Shown: positions 12,918 to 25,029 of the stretch, piece by piece
How the letters are laid out: every line of letters starts with the position of its first letter
Position numbering within the stretch: position 1 is the first letter of the stretch
DNA from: Adineta vaga
Lineage: Eukaryota; Animalia; Rotifera
Direction: 5' to 3'
Assembly (NCBI GenBank): GCA_021613535.1
Contig: CP075494.1
Coordinates: forward strand, 1,860,001-1,924,000
Length of the DNA stretch: 64,000 nt
Position numbers and translations under genes: made by a program
Notes under the pieces: generated by a model
What the model saw: only the letters and a program-made list of their open reading frames with translations
Database searches by the model: none
What the model was told of the DNA's origin: nothing

Positions 12918-13850
12918 ATGGCAACCGGAACAAAATTAATATTATAAGTGAAAGAAGTGCAGAGATTGTACGTGTCTGTACATTCAACTTACGTTGTGGT
13001 CATGCCGATTTAAGGACACCCAATAATTGGGTAAGACGAAGATCAATCTTGAAAAATTGCTTAGAAAATATGCAACCAACAATTATTGGAACACAAGAAG
13101 GTTATCCACAACAACTCGACGATATCCTTGATGATTTAAATGAGTTAAATTACTCAATAGTTTAGTCATAATGAAATCAGAATGTTATTTTCTAATCTTA
13201 GATCTTCATCATGTTGGTCGTACGTAGGTGAGGAAATCACTCAATGGCGTACAATCAATGCTATATTCTATCGTCATGATATATTATCACTTATTTCAAC
13301 AAATACTTTTTGGTTCAATGAACATCCATTGACATTTGGCGCTGCTTGGGGTGCCATAGGATCTCGTGGTTGTACTCGTGCTCATTTTCAACATAAAGTT
13401 ACAGATCATCCATTTATTATTTACAATCTTCATCTTGATTATCCATCTCAAAATGCTCGACATCATTCCATACCTGTTCTTCTATCACAGATAAATCAGA
13501 ATGATAATCAGATTGATAATGTTATTGTCATTGGAGATTTCAATAATTGGCCAGAAAAAGTTGCAGGTGAAATACCTGTAGATGAACTGATTCTATTAGG
13601 ACAAAAAGCATCTGAAATTCAACAAATGAAACAAGCTGGTTTTGTTGATACATATCAACATGGTGAAATCCCATCATTTAATGGTTTTCAATCAAGTGGT
13701 TATGGTCCAAAAATCGATTTTGTTTGGATATCGTCAAATAGTATTTATCGAATTGCAGGTGAAACAAAAATTGATGAGTTTCATGATAATAATGGTTTTT
13801 TTCCATCGGATCATTTTCCTGTGTATGCTGATTTAGTTCATATTTCATAA
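12918..13850 (+). CDS. Endonuclease/exonuclease/phosphatase (EEP) family protein, bacterial-like. One intron (13144-13201) and an apparent -1 frameshift in the A-run at ~12932
   Basis: Motifs VCTFNLR, IIGTQEG, NLHLD, VIGDFN, KIDFVW and PSDHFPV. A 58-nt GT-AG intron joins the two parts in frame. Confidence 0.85.
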
Positions 13851-15257
13851 ATCAGTGCTTATTCATTCACTTTATGTCGTTTTTCTTTTATTTTTACCAT
13901 CTATATATATATTAATATATGTATACCTATGAGGAAACAACGGACTTTAAGACTCAAAGAACTTCCGATGATTCCGGAAAATTTTAGAAGCTAAGTTACT
14001 TTTATTTTCAATTACATCTTTATATAACGTATGGAAAATATTATCTTTGTGTCATGTTGTAAAATAAATAATTTTACATTCGAAAAAAGTATCTCTTATT
14101 GATGATGTGGACAATTTGATTTATATGCTTGTCCTTCTAGATCAATTCCTTCGCGTAACTGTTTCTGACGTTGTTTTTCATTGAATAAATCCAATCCACA
14201 AGCATTATTTTCATCACAAGTCAAACGAATATTTTTTTGTTGGTCACTCTATTGAGACAAAGTTAATCAAGCTTCTCATTTACTTCATTTAAATATTGAC
14301 AAAAATTAAAACGAAATATATTTGCTTCGGCATCACTAAAAAGACCATTTCGAATAACAGCTGACGATCCTATCGCTATTTGATTGTTTGTCAGAGAATT
14401 GAAAACAAACTTCAATTGTGAAACACAAACAATCGTTGCTCTGTCAAATATACAATTTATATGCTTATAACCATTGCTTTGAAACATGATTTTCTACATA
14501 ATACAAGAAACATATTCATTCAAATTATTTTCATTTAATTCAGATAATTGTTTTTTACCATCGATTATCTGTTGATGAATAATTATATATTTATCGTAAC
14601 AGTCTTGAAAATAATTATTCAACTATTGTTTGAAACCAACTGTCTTCTCTGCCTCATTAGTGCCATCGAAGTAAACATGAATAACTAACTTCTGATACTC
14701 TTAGATGATGGATATGTGCTGCTAAAAACGTAGAAGTTACATCATTGTTCCACTTGTAGTGACCATATAGAACTTGAGAAATGGTGATGTTGAATCGAAG
14801 ATTGTCGATGTAGGAAGAGAAGTCATTTTTCTTAAAACATAAAAAATAATAGTTGCGTAGACTGTATTTAAATATGAAATATCAGGTCTACAAATAAAAT
14901 GTATTTTCATTGCATCAGTCCTTATGTATGTTCACTATATTCTATGATTTTTCATTTGATATGTTGGTAATATCCAATGTATCATATCATGCTGATTGAA
15001 GCGTGAAAAATCTTCGATATTAGGCTTAAGACTCATCATTTACACTCAGACCCTCATATAATTTCACTGAAAGTAAGCATACAAAGCAACAGATAACAAC
15101 TTGTTTCATGACAAAAGATAACAGACATGGAATGACTTTTTTTTCTTCGCTTCTGCTTATATACAAACGTTATGTAGAAAGTCGAGTCATTCGAAAATTT
15201 ATCATCTCTTATATTATGAAATATAGCCAGTTATGAAATGTGACTAGTATTTTTAAA

Positions 15258-15307
15258 CTGAGGGTGTGGATGTGGGTATCTCCTCTTCTTTCACACCCAC
15301 CCTAAGG
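15258..15307. repeat. Telomere-repeat fold-back element (shared-spacer subfamily)
   Basis: ctgagggtgtggatgtggg-tatctcctcttctttc-acacccaccctaag. Confidence 0.85.
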
Positions 15308-15432
15308 TAAGTAAAACAGTGAAACATGCATAAATAAATGCTGAGAATGACAATAACGCTTTGCAACAACACTCCGTTTTAACTATGAATAATTGTGGTA
15401 GAGTGTAGTAAATGTAAAAAAATTAATCTCTG

Positions 15433-16275
15433 ATGGTTGCTACTGGGGTTGTGCATGGTATAGGAGGAGCTGTAAAAAGAAATACATCGATCTTAGTTAT
15501 TGAATTATCGCCAGATGAAATTGAACAAGGTCGTGATAGTCTAGACTTAATTTTTAATCAAGCAAAGGCAGTGCCACAGATCCAAAAAGTACACTCAATG
15601 ACTGTTGTAAATATTGATAAAATTGAATGTAAAATCTATTCTAACAGTGGTAAAAAATTCATTTTGAATTTTTAATATATTTCTTTCTATTGTTGGTTTA
15701 TTTATATAATATAAGTTAGTAGAAAATGGGTTTATAGGATTTTCTTTTTGATAATAAAAAGTTGAATTAATTGGTATGAAAAAAAACGGTTTTTACTTTT
15801 CTTGAAGTAGAATTAATAATTCCCTACGACAATTAATGTAATTTTTCGACTACTAAACTTCCTGCATTTAAATCACAAAAATAGATGAAATTCCGTAACG
15901 CTCAGTATTTTGAGTCGTCCTATTCCAAGGAAATATCACAAAGAGAAAATAACATGCTATTCTAAGAGCTTTTGGAAAACTGAATAACTTTTGTGTAGAA
16001 CGTTTCTTTATGAGTTGTTTAGTTTCGTAGAAAAAGGTTAAACTTTCAGTCTTGCGTCAAAGTCTTGTCCATTTTTTGAAATTTCGTAACGAGCGATATT
16101 TTTTCAAATAACTTCCTTACGGCTTGCGGGAAGTCAGTGGATTTTTTAGTGCTAGTGGAGCTAATTGACTCTCATATATAACCAAAATTTCAGGAACATG
16201 TCTCTTATTATTGAGAAAATATATGTCTTACAAGTCAAAAAAATGAAATTCCGTTACGCTTGGCCATGCCCATAT
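15433..16275 (+). mobile_element. Remnant of a DNA transposon: deleted transposase C-terminus plus 3' terminal region
   Basis: GVVHGIGGAVKR resembles the G..DG.GG..KR motif of DDE-type transposase-like proteins. Downstream are repeated (t/c)cgtaacg/ccgttacg subterminal-like motifs (~15891, 16083, 16249). Superfamily not assigned. Confidence 0.5.
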
Positions 16276-17202
16276 ACATCCTCGTTTCAGTTGAGGGAAT
16301 ATTCGGTGATTATTGTTGTTATACTGAAGCTGCCGTTACACAGAAATGTTCTTCTCATAACACAGTTTTACTTTTTGTATATCGTTTAATGTCAATAATC
16401 ATATTTTAAACGACTTTGCAGAAGATGTTTTTTTGACCTGCCACAAACAAACAAACCATTTTCACTTTTTTTCGTATCACCCTCCTTCCAGTCGAGGGAA
16501 TATACTTATTTCGTGTCTCGTTTTAATATTGCTTGAAATATTATGTTTTTAAAAAGCAAAATCTTGCATGAGCTTGAGGGTAAACTGGAAAAAAATTCGC
16601 ATAGTAATCTACCCTTGCTCATAATAACTTTGTGAATAAACCTGTTAGGCGTTTATTTCAAAGTTATCAATCCTTTTTGGGATTGAATACTCCAAGGGTT
16701 GAGCAAGGGATAAGTTTATCAAAGTTGAAAGGGTATATGAAAGTTGTTTAAGAGTTCCTTATCAAGATAACAGTATTTTGTGTGACCGTGCAATGCTCAC
16801 TATATCTACTGAAGACATCGGCTCAGTAGTCACCGACCAGTATTCAGTGAACACCGTACGTATTAGCACCAATGCTAACTGAAATATCCTTGCAATTCGG
16901 ACATTCAGTGTTCGGTAAACACTGACACCGATATTTTGGTAAAAATAAAGAAAAAACTAAAATCGGAAAATTCAGAAGTGCCAAAATCAGAAAAAATCAA
17001 AAACGTGTTTGAATTTCAGAAACTTTCCTTACTTTTCAGAAGATCTAGCCACCCTCACATTCATACCCACACTCTTAAGAATTTCTAGATAAAATGTTTA
17101 AAATGTTTATTAAATATAAACTGATTAAAAATAGTTTGTAAAATTATATAGGTTATTCAATTCAAGATAAATAATAGTTTATGGATTGTTTTTTTTATTT
17201 TG

Positions 17203-18329
17203 TTAAAAAAAACATCTTAAATGATGAGTATATCCATTATCGGTAAATGTTGACCAAGTACTTGCATTCCAAACAACACGTGTTTGTGATGTATCACAAT
17301 CATAATAAACTGATATACTTCCTGTTGGAGAATTTGATAATTTTCGGCAGAATCCAAGAGTATCCCAATAAGATGAAGTGGTTGAAATCCATGTTCCAGG
17401 ACAATAACCAGCTGGAAAATATAAGCCACCTTGTCGTAGATTTGAACATTCAGTGTATGCTGAATAGGTATTATCTACGGCACTACATGTCACTACTCTT
17501 CCATCAATTGTTTGACTTAAAGCAAACCGAGTGTATGATGAGCCAGTCGTGGTTGCTAAAAAATAGATTATAGAAAATCAAATATAAAAATATCTTCTTA
17601 AATATTGGCATTCCAAGCTTCAAATAGTTTGATAATATTTTCGTTTACTTACTGCTTGTTGTTGTTGTTTTCGTAGAGGATGTTGATGTCGACGTTGTTG
17701 TTGTTGTTGTTGTCGTAGAAGATGTTGAGGATGTTGACGTGGTTGCTGTTGTTGTTGTCGTAGAGGATGTTGATGTTGTTGAAGATGAAGATGATGTCGA
17801 TGTAGTTGACGTTGTTGTTGGTTCTGTTTTGAAAAAGTCATACAAAAATCAAAAGAAAAAATTCTTAACAGAATTATTTCAAAAACAATTAAATCTCATT
17901 TTTTTCTCATGTATGATAGGAATTAACATTATTATTCTCACAGAAATAATCAGATTAATTCAAAAAAACAAGATTTTCATTTATATACTAACCAGGTGGA
18001 ATTCGTGTACCAAAAATGACAATCATTGAGATAGTATAAAAATCAGCTAACATATTTTCATTTTGATTCCATATGTCATTAAACAATTTACAAGTTAAAG
18101 TTAATTGATAAAAACTAGCTGCTTTACATTGAATTTGAGATAAACAAGCTGTTTGACATTTGAGAATAGTTGGTACAGTTAAAGTAGCATAAGGTAAACA
18201 AGTTGTATTTACACATTGAAATTGCCAACCTTTCATTGTCGACATTCGAAATGATCGCATATCTTCTGCGATTATTTGTACAATAAGAATAAATAGAGAC
18301 AAGAAAGAAAATTTTTCAGAATAAGTCAT
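17203..18329 (-). CDS. Secreted protein: signal peptide, PAN/Apple domain, Thr/Ser-rich stalk, small Cys-rich C-terminal domain. Exons 18329-17993, 17823-17653, 17555-17203
   Basis: Hydrophobic N-terminus and the Apple pattern CQTACLSQIQCKAASFY....CKLF. All splice junctions are phase 1 and compatible. Confidence 0.85.
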
Positions 18330-19142
18330 AGTTAACCAGGTTTTTAAGTTAATAAAATAAAGTTTATTTCAAAAAAGTTCAATGCATCTACTATATCAGG
18401 AAAAAAAACAGTTCTTCTCTTTTTATTTTTCTCTTTTTTCACACATCATATCTTTAGGTTTCATTCCATCAATGTTATGAAGAAAAAAATAAATCATATT
18501 AATGAAATTTTATTTTAAAAGCAAGTCGGACACTGTTAATCAGAAAAAAAGAAAGTAGATAGTTTTTATGGTTTTTGTCTCTTGATTTATCCGCAGCTTA
18601 ACAATAAAATTAAAATCCATCAGCTATAATAAATATTTCCTTCATTATGATGTCTTAATAAAAAAACGAGTTTTTTCTTTGCGAAATTATATTGAAAGTT
18701 AATTTTCATATTTTTCTTTTCAACAAAGCAATTAAATAAAGAATGCTACAGTTATTTTACAAAACCGCTCTGAGTAGGCATTCTAAGGAAAATAATTATG
18801 GAATAACGATGTCGAATAAATAACTGCATGTTAAAAAACATTTCTTTCTATATAAATGTCCTGGAAAAGAAAAATTATCTACATCGTAAGAACGTGGATG
18901 CTTTGTTTATTTTCAGCCACCATCCGTTTACATTACGAATCTTAATCTTGAAAATAAAAGACCTTTACTCTTAATATAATGTGGTCTCACTGGTGTGCAA
19001 ACTGTTCTTCGACTGAGCCAATAGACGATAAGATTTGAAGAGAAATGTTAATGAAGTGGCACACTTTATTGGAAACACTCTTCAAAAACAGATAAATAAA
19101 AAGTTCGTTAAAAATCAAAACAATGTTTGATAAGATTTCGTT

Positions 19143-19381
19143 CTAATAATTCTGTCCAAATTTTTTGTGCTGTTTGTATAATCCCTTCTTCTTCATGTTC
19201 AGCTTTTTTTTCGTGACTTCTAACGAAGATTCTAATCCCTGACGTGTATAATATAATGGAGTATTCCAATCATAATAATCTGGAGGATCTTCATCAATGA
19301 AATTCAAAATTTTATCACGCAGTTCTTCCATTTTTAATTGAGCAGAGAAAAATGATTGTAAATCAACAAGATGATGAACAC
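19143..19381 (-). pseudogene. 5'-truncated coding fragment of unknown family
   Basis: Protein-like open frame (HHLVDLQSFF...KFGQNY*) that begins immediately at the telomere-repeat element at 19382. Confidence 0.45.
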
Positions 19382-19452
19382 ATCTTGAGGGTGGGTGTGT
19401 GGGTGTGAAAGAAGAGGAGATACGCACACCCACACCCACACCCACACTCTTA
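19382..19452. repeat. Telomere-repeat fold-back element (shared-spacer subfamily, opposite orientation)
   Basis: atcttgagggtggg ... gaaagaagaggagatacg ... (cacacc)n. Confidence 0.9.
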
Positions 19453-19554
19453 TAGCGAAATGTCTCATTGTTATTAAAATAAAAAAGTTCTATTTGAATG
19501 ATAACATTGGCGAAAAAATGAATCGTATTAAAGGTCAAAAGTCGTTTATAATGA

Positions 19555-21825
19555 TCAATATAGCTCCGCATTTTTCATAGCCAAACCGTTATATCCAGCA
19601 GTAACTAATACATTACCATTTGTTAATATGGATGCTGTGTGACGAGACCGCGCATGATTCATACTTGCAATAATTGTCCAAGTTGCTGTGAATGGATCAT
19701 ACAACTCAACATTATTTAGATAACCACGACCAAATCCACCAGTAACTAATACTTTTCCATTGGTTAATACGGATGCTGTATGATCCCATCGTATATGGTG
19801 CATATCAGTAGTATTTGTCCATGTTTCTGTTGATGGGTCATACAATATACAATTCTTTAGAATATGATCGTTCTGTCCACCAGTTACTAATACTTTTCCA
19901 TTTGTTAATACAGATGCTCTGTGATATTCTCGTGCGTCAATCATGCTACCAGTAGTTTTCCAAATTCCTGTATTTGGATCATACAACTCAGCGCTATTCA
20001 GGCGATCATTATTATATCCACCAGTAACTAATACGTTTCCATTGGTTAATACAGACGCTGTGTGACCAGACCGTGCATCATTCAGACTACCAGTGGTTGT
20101 CCAAATTTCTGTTACTGGATCATACAATTCAGCACTATTTAGACGATGATTATAAAATCCACCTGTAACCAGTATTTTCCCATTTGCTAATGCGGATGTT
20201 GTATGATCAGCTCGTGCATTATTCAAGTCACCAGTAGTTGTCCACATCCCTGTTGTTGGATCATACAACTCAGTACTATTTAGATAATCACCATCACCGG
20301 TTCGTCCACCAGTAACTAATACTTTTCCATTAGGTAATATAGATGCTGCGAAATCAGATCGCGCATCATTCATGCTTCCGGTACTTGTCCACATTCCTAT
20401 TGACGGATCATACAACTCAGTACTATTTAGACGATCACCATTCTGTCCACCAATAACTAATACTTTTCCATTTTTCAAAACGAACGCTATGTGGCCAGAT
20501 CGTGTCTCAATCGTACTACCGGTATTTGTCCATTCTAAACGGAAACATTTGAATGTATTTATTCGGAGAAGAATATCTATTGTTGCACTGTCAAAATCAT
20601 CTAACCATGTATGGAAGTTTTGTTGATCACAAGGCCTACAATTCGTTGTAAGAAATCGTGTATGATACAGCTAGACAAGAACTTTATTAAGTGTATGTTT
20701 TCTACCAGTCTGTACATCAATTAATGCACCTTATTCAACGAAATAAAGTTATGTCTGATTACAACAGTCAGTGAATACCGTAACAGAGCATTGCTTTTAT
20801 TTCGTGATCTGGAATTTGCAAAAAACGGGAAAAGGTTTACATGCGTTTAGACACCTGAAAACATGTTACGACAAGATATTGCTCATTCGGCATATGAGAG
20901 TCTGTGTTGTGTATATAATAGAATAGAGATTAAAGCTTGAAATCTTTTTATATAAAATCGCTACCTTCCCACCATCTCTGAATTTGTTTTAATACAAAAT
21001 TCACCGTGCCCCTGCATTTAATGATTCTCGTAGCTGATCAATCAATAGCGGAATTATTGGTTTTTTTTGCGTAATTATAAATAAGCTTCGTACGATGCTA
21101 GTATCACAAGTTATTATTGAAAGATTTAAAAAAACGGTCTATTTCGACAGATTTAGGATATTTAGAATTCAATGAATTCGATACAGTATCGCCCGTGAAG
21201 TGACTTTCTTTTCAATTTAAATTCAATCAAAACAAAACATTGTGGATTAAATAATATGAAATGAAAAATGAAGAATAATGAATACGAGTGTTATACTATT
21301 ACTTCATTTTGTCTTCAAATAAAGATCGAATCATTCACGATAAAATCATTGATTATTTTAATTTAACCTTCAGTTAAATAAAGAAAACCGTTATGGAAAA
21401 GGACTACATATATCTAATTTGACGTAACCTTACGGGAGATAAGAAGCACTACTTTAAAGCTTACCTAACTGCTGAGTCGTGGTCGTTATTATTGTAGTCG
21501 TTCGAGATGTTGTTGCTGTAGTAGTTGTAGTGGTCGTTAGGGATGTTGTGGCTATATTAGTTGTAGTTATCGTTAGAGATGTTGTCGTTAGCGGTGTTTG
21601 CACTGATGTTGTAGTTGACGGTAATATCGTAGTGGTGATCATAGTGGTAGTTTCTAACTTTTTAGGTGCAAGAATGACAAATTTTAAGACTAGAGAGAGC
21701 GTCACTGCAAAAATTGTTACAATGATGAAAGATATGCAGATGATCTTGATCCATCGGTGATGCCACCATTTGTGAGCTCGATTATTTTCCATGGCAAACT
21801 CACTGTAACCCTGATTTTCTACCAT
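19555..21825 (-). CDS. Type II membrane kelch-repeat protein (TM, Thr stalk, kelch propeller). Exons 21825-21465 and 20534-19555
   Basis: TM segment IICISFIIVTIFAVTLSLVL and a Thr-rich stalk. Six to seven repeats of W..TGS.N.AR..HTASVL.NGKVLVTGG..LNS.ELYDP. Phase-1 donor and acceptor match. Confidence 0.85.
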
Positions 21826-22406
21826 ATTAAATTGTTTCAAAAATTAAACTAAAAAGAACGAGTTATTGTTCGAAAATTACTTCATATTTGCGTATTATTT
21901 ATATGAAGAATAAAAGATAAGTAATGTTATCTTCAACATAAAAAAGGTATGACCATAGTCTTATATTTATATAACAAATGTTAGATGTAAGTATGATAGA
22001 ACAAAACGATGCTTTACTCTTAATTTTTCTCATTACTCTCAGATTTTCTGTTTTTTGAGCATCTAACTAAAATTTAATTATAACTCATTACTAAATGTAC
22101 AGTACGCATCGTTGTTCTCCTATCATAACTTCAATAAATCCTGCTGATCCTGTCAGATACGTGAGTGTACTAATAACTTTTTTGTCAATAACAGTAACAT
22201 TTCGTGTAGAAAGAAAGATTCAATTTTCTATCTCGAGCAACTAGTTTTCTGATATGCGATTTATTGAAAAAAATTTGAACTAATTTTTTTAGGTGAAAAG
22301 TGACAAACATACGTAATTCAACATAAGTAAGTGCCGAAGGAGTTATGAGTACCAGAAGTCTGTGATATACTGATGGATACTTGGTGAATTCCATCAGTTT
22401 AAATAC

Positions 22407-22478
22407 GAGAGGGTGTGGGTGTGGGTGTGGGTGTGATAGAAGAGGAGATACGCACACCTACACCCACACCCTCAAGAT
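22407..22478. repeat. Telomere-repeat fold-back element (shared-spacer subfamily)
   Basis: gaggg(tgtggg)3tgtgatagaagaggagatacg ... cccacaccctcaagat. Confidence 0.9.
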
Positions 22479-23267
22479 AATCAGAATTTTTTCGTAATAG
22501 TAGTTATATTCGAATTCTTTTTTTAGATCAGAAAAATAACATGCATGCGAGTTCTGATATTATATGCATGGATAGGTTCTTTTTCACTAATATCCTAGTT
22601 AGAAAAAAAGCTGTTTGTGCAATTCCTATGAAATCAAAAATGGCAAACAGGAAATAGCTACTCTGTGATACTAATTATTATGAAGTAAATAATATTAATA
22701 CAAATTAATAATGATTGTCTAGTCTGTGATAATCTTTTCTTCTTACGTCAGTGTCATTGATTTATTCAAAACATGTTACAGATCTTGAATAAATTTATAT
22801 GCAAAAATATTCAAATATGAAAAGCAAGATAGAAAAAAGATTAATCAATAAAGTTGTTTTGTATTTAATATTCAACTCAATTAACGATTTTGGTATAGAA
22901 AAGAAATATCAACCATCTTAATCCTCAAAATTGAATTCTATGATTGCAATGTATTGTTTCGATTCTAACAGAATACCAAAATTATTTTTCTGACATGCTT
23001 AATAAAGATTTAATTGAGATCAAAGAATTTACTTTCATGACCTTTCAGATGTTTTTGTTGTCAAGATCTTCTTCATCCATTGATAAAAATGCTATTTTCA
23101 CTGTAGTTTTCATCAAAAAATTTGTTCATACGTTATGAATTAATGCATTGACTAATTCCTAATTAACGTCCTCAAAACTTTTCTCTACCTTTCATTCATT
23201 CAAAATTATTTTCACTTCGTCATTTTTCTGTATATCATTTTTCTAACTTGGAAGCAAAACTCGCAAA

Positions 23268-24212
23268 ATGAATGTGTCTGAAAATACAAATGTTATTAAA
23301 AAAAATGAAACGGAGAGTCCATTTGGATTTATTTCCAAGGATGTATCATTCATACTATTACTAACCTTTGATATTCCATCTATTTTCATGCATCTTATCG
23401 TGTTTATCCTTATTTCTTTTAATAAAGCTCTTCGTTCGGCACCAAATAATTATGTTATTTTATTTAAATTATTTTATTCCTTTATCATCACCGCTTTTAT
23501 GATTCCAACAGTAATGGATTCACACAGATTAAATCCAACTATTCATTGGACTCTTGCATTATGTAAAACTAGGTCGTTTATTGAGACTGTGTCTTCTAAT
23601 ATGATGAATCTTTTAGTCGCATGGGCATCATTTGAACGACATCTTATTATTTTTCATATTGATCTATTGAAAGTAAAATGGAAAAAGTTTTGTTTTCATT
23701 ATGTGCCACCGATTCTTATCACCGTTTATCTTTTCATATTTTATATTTATTCCAGCTTTTTCTTTCCATGTGAACATCAAGTGGATTTTGTCAATAACAT
23801 ATGTTATTATGGTTGTCAGTCAAGGGATCCAATACTGGGTATGTGGCAAACAAGTATTCATATCTTATCTCCAACGATATGTGTATTGATATGTAATGGT
23901 GCCCTTTTATTTCGAGTTTATCGATCAAAAACTCGTCTTCGACGATCAATAAATTGGCGAAAATATCGACTAATGATCTTTCAACTTGTTTCTATTGCAT
24001 GTCTCTATCTTTTATTTAATCTACCATTTGCGATTGCCTATTTATGGGTTATAGTAGCTCCGGCACCTTTCATAATCACGTTCCTGCAACGGGTTGGTTT
24101 TCTCACATATTTTATTTGGTTATTATTTCCTTTTGTGTGTTTGTCTTCAATACCACAATTGGGATCGAAAATGAAGAAAGCTCTATATCGTCGAATAATA
24201 CCTGTTAGTTAG
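23268..24212 (+). CDS. Orphan rhodopsin-like (class A) GPCR, intronless
   Basis: 314 aa with seven hydrophobic segments, WASFERH as the DRY equivalent, and a basic third intracellular loop (WRKYRLM). Confidence 0.85.
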   Translation: MNVSENTNVIKKNETESPFGFISKDVSFILLLTFDIPSIFMHLIVFILISFNKALRSAPNNYVILFKLFYSFIITAFMIPTVMDSHRLNPTIHWTLALCKTRSFIETVSSNMMNLLVAWASFERHLIIFHIDLLKVKWKKFCFHYVPPILITVYLFIFYIYSSFFFPCEHQVDFVNNICYYGCQSRDPILGMWQTSIHILSPTICVLICNGALLFRVYRSKTRLRRSINWRKYRLMIFQLVSIACLYLLFNLPFAIAYLWVIVAPAPFIITFLQRVGFLTYFIWLLFPFVCLSSIPQLGSKMKKALYRRIIPVS

Positions 24213-25029
24213 AAAATGCAACCAAGAGCGATTCGCCTTGTGAAGACTCAAGTGCAATAAAAAGCACTCGTGTAGAAGAACGAAACTAAATAATATTTTG
24301 TCTTTTTTTCAATGTATTCATATCGTTTTGTGTAAATGTTGTAAACCCTAGTATAAACGAGGTCATGGGGAATTTGATTTTGCGGCAAATTCATATATAA
24401 CAATAAATTCTTGAGGGTGTGGGTGTGAAAAGAGTTACCACAAGAATAAATATATTATACTTCCATCTAGTAGTTATATCACTGTAATATATATCTTTTT
24501 TAGGAAAGTTTGTTGGGAAATATTATTGTTCAGGAGTTCTGAATTGTTTCAGAATTTGCGAGCAATCAGATTATAGGCGTAAGTGGGTTGACGTTCGATA
24601 TTGCGAATTCTAATGTTTTTGGTGAAGTGTGTTTTGGATGAAAATAACTGCACTTTGTTGTCTTAGAAACAGTGGGGGTTAGTTTAAGATAGTAGTATTG
24701 TCTTATAAGCTCAACGGTCTCGTTTAAATTAATGTAGTTCAGTATACGGAGTTTATTTTGGTTTGGCATGAAGTTGTACGCTGGTTAGTAGTCATTTGTG
24801 AAGGTGCATATGTTACTTTCGTGGGTTGAATGTTGATTCGTAATTTTATCTAATTTAAATGAATAGATTCAAAATATATCAATAAAACACCTTCTTTTAT
24901 ATTCTTATTCATCAGTCGTCATTGTGGTGTTTGGTGTCGGATTGTCATCAAGATCAGCGGAATTTGTAGCATGGAGGTTATTATGTCTGTTGAACTACCG
25001 TATAAATATAGGAGTGATTCAAATATAAT

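Noticed and set aside
14050-14830. Possible decayed gene on the minus strand (also 4770-5280 and 53640-53960)
   Set aside because: Only short broken frames with no family motif that I can support.
10441-16498. 6-kb gene-carrying piggyBac-like element bounded by CCCTCGACTG(T)GGAAGG and its inverse
   Set aside because: Only ~15 bp match with an indel, and the right flank is AATA rather than TTAA, so there is no TSD. More likely two independent remnants.
24480-24900. Probable MITE remnants (also ~1910-2300, 16560-16940, 40100-40440)
   Set aside because: The sequence has TE-like texture but I could not define paired TIRs or TSDs.
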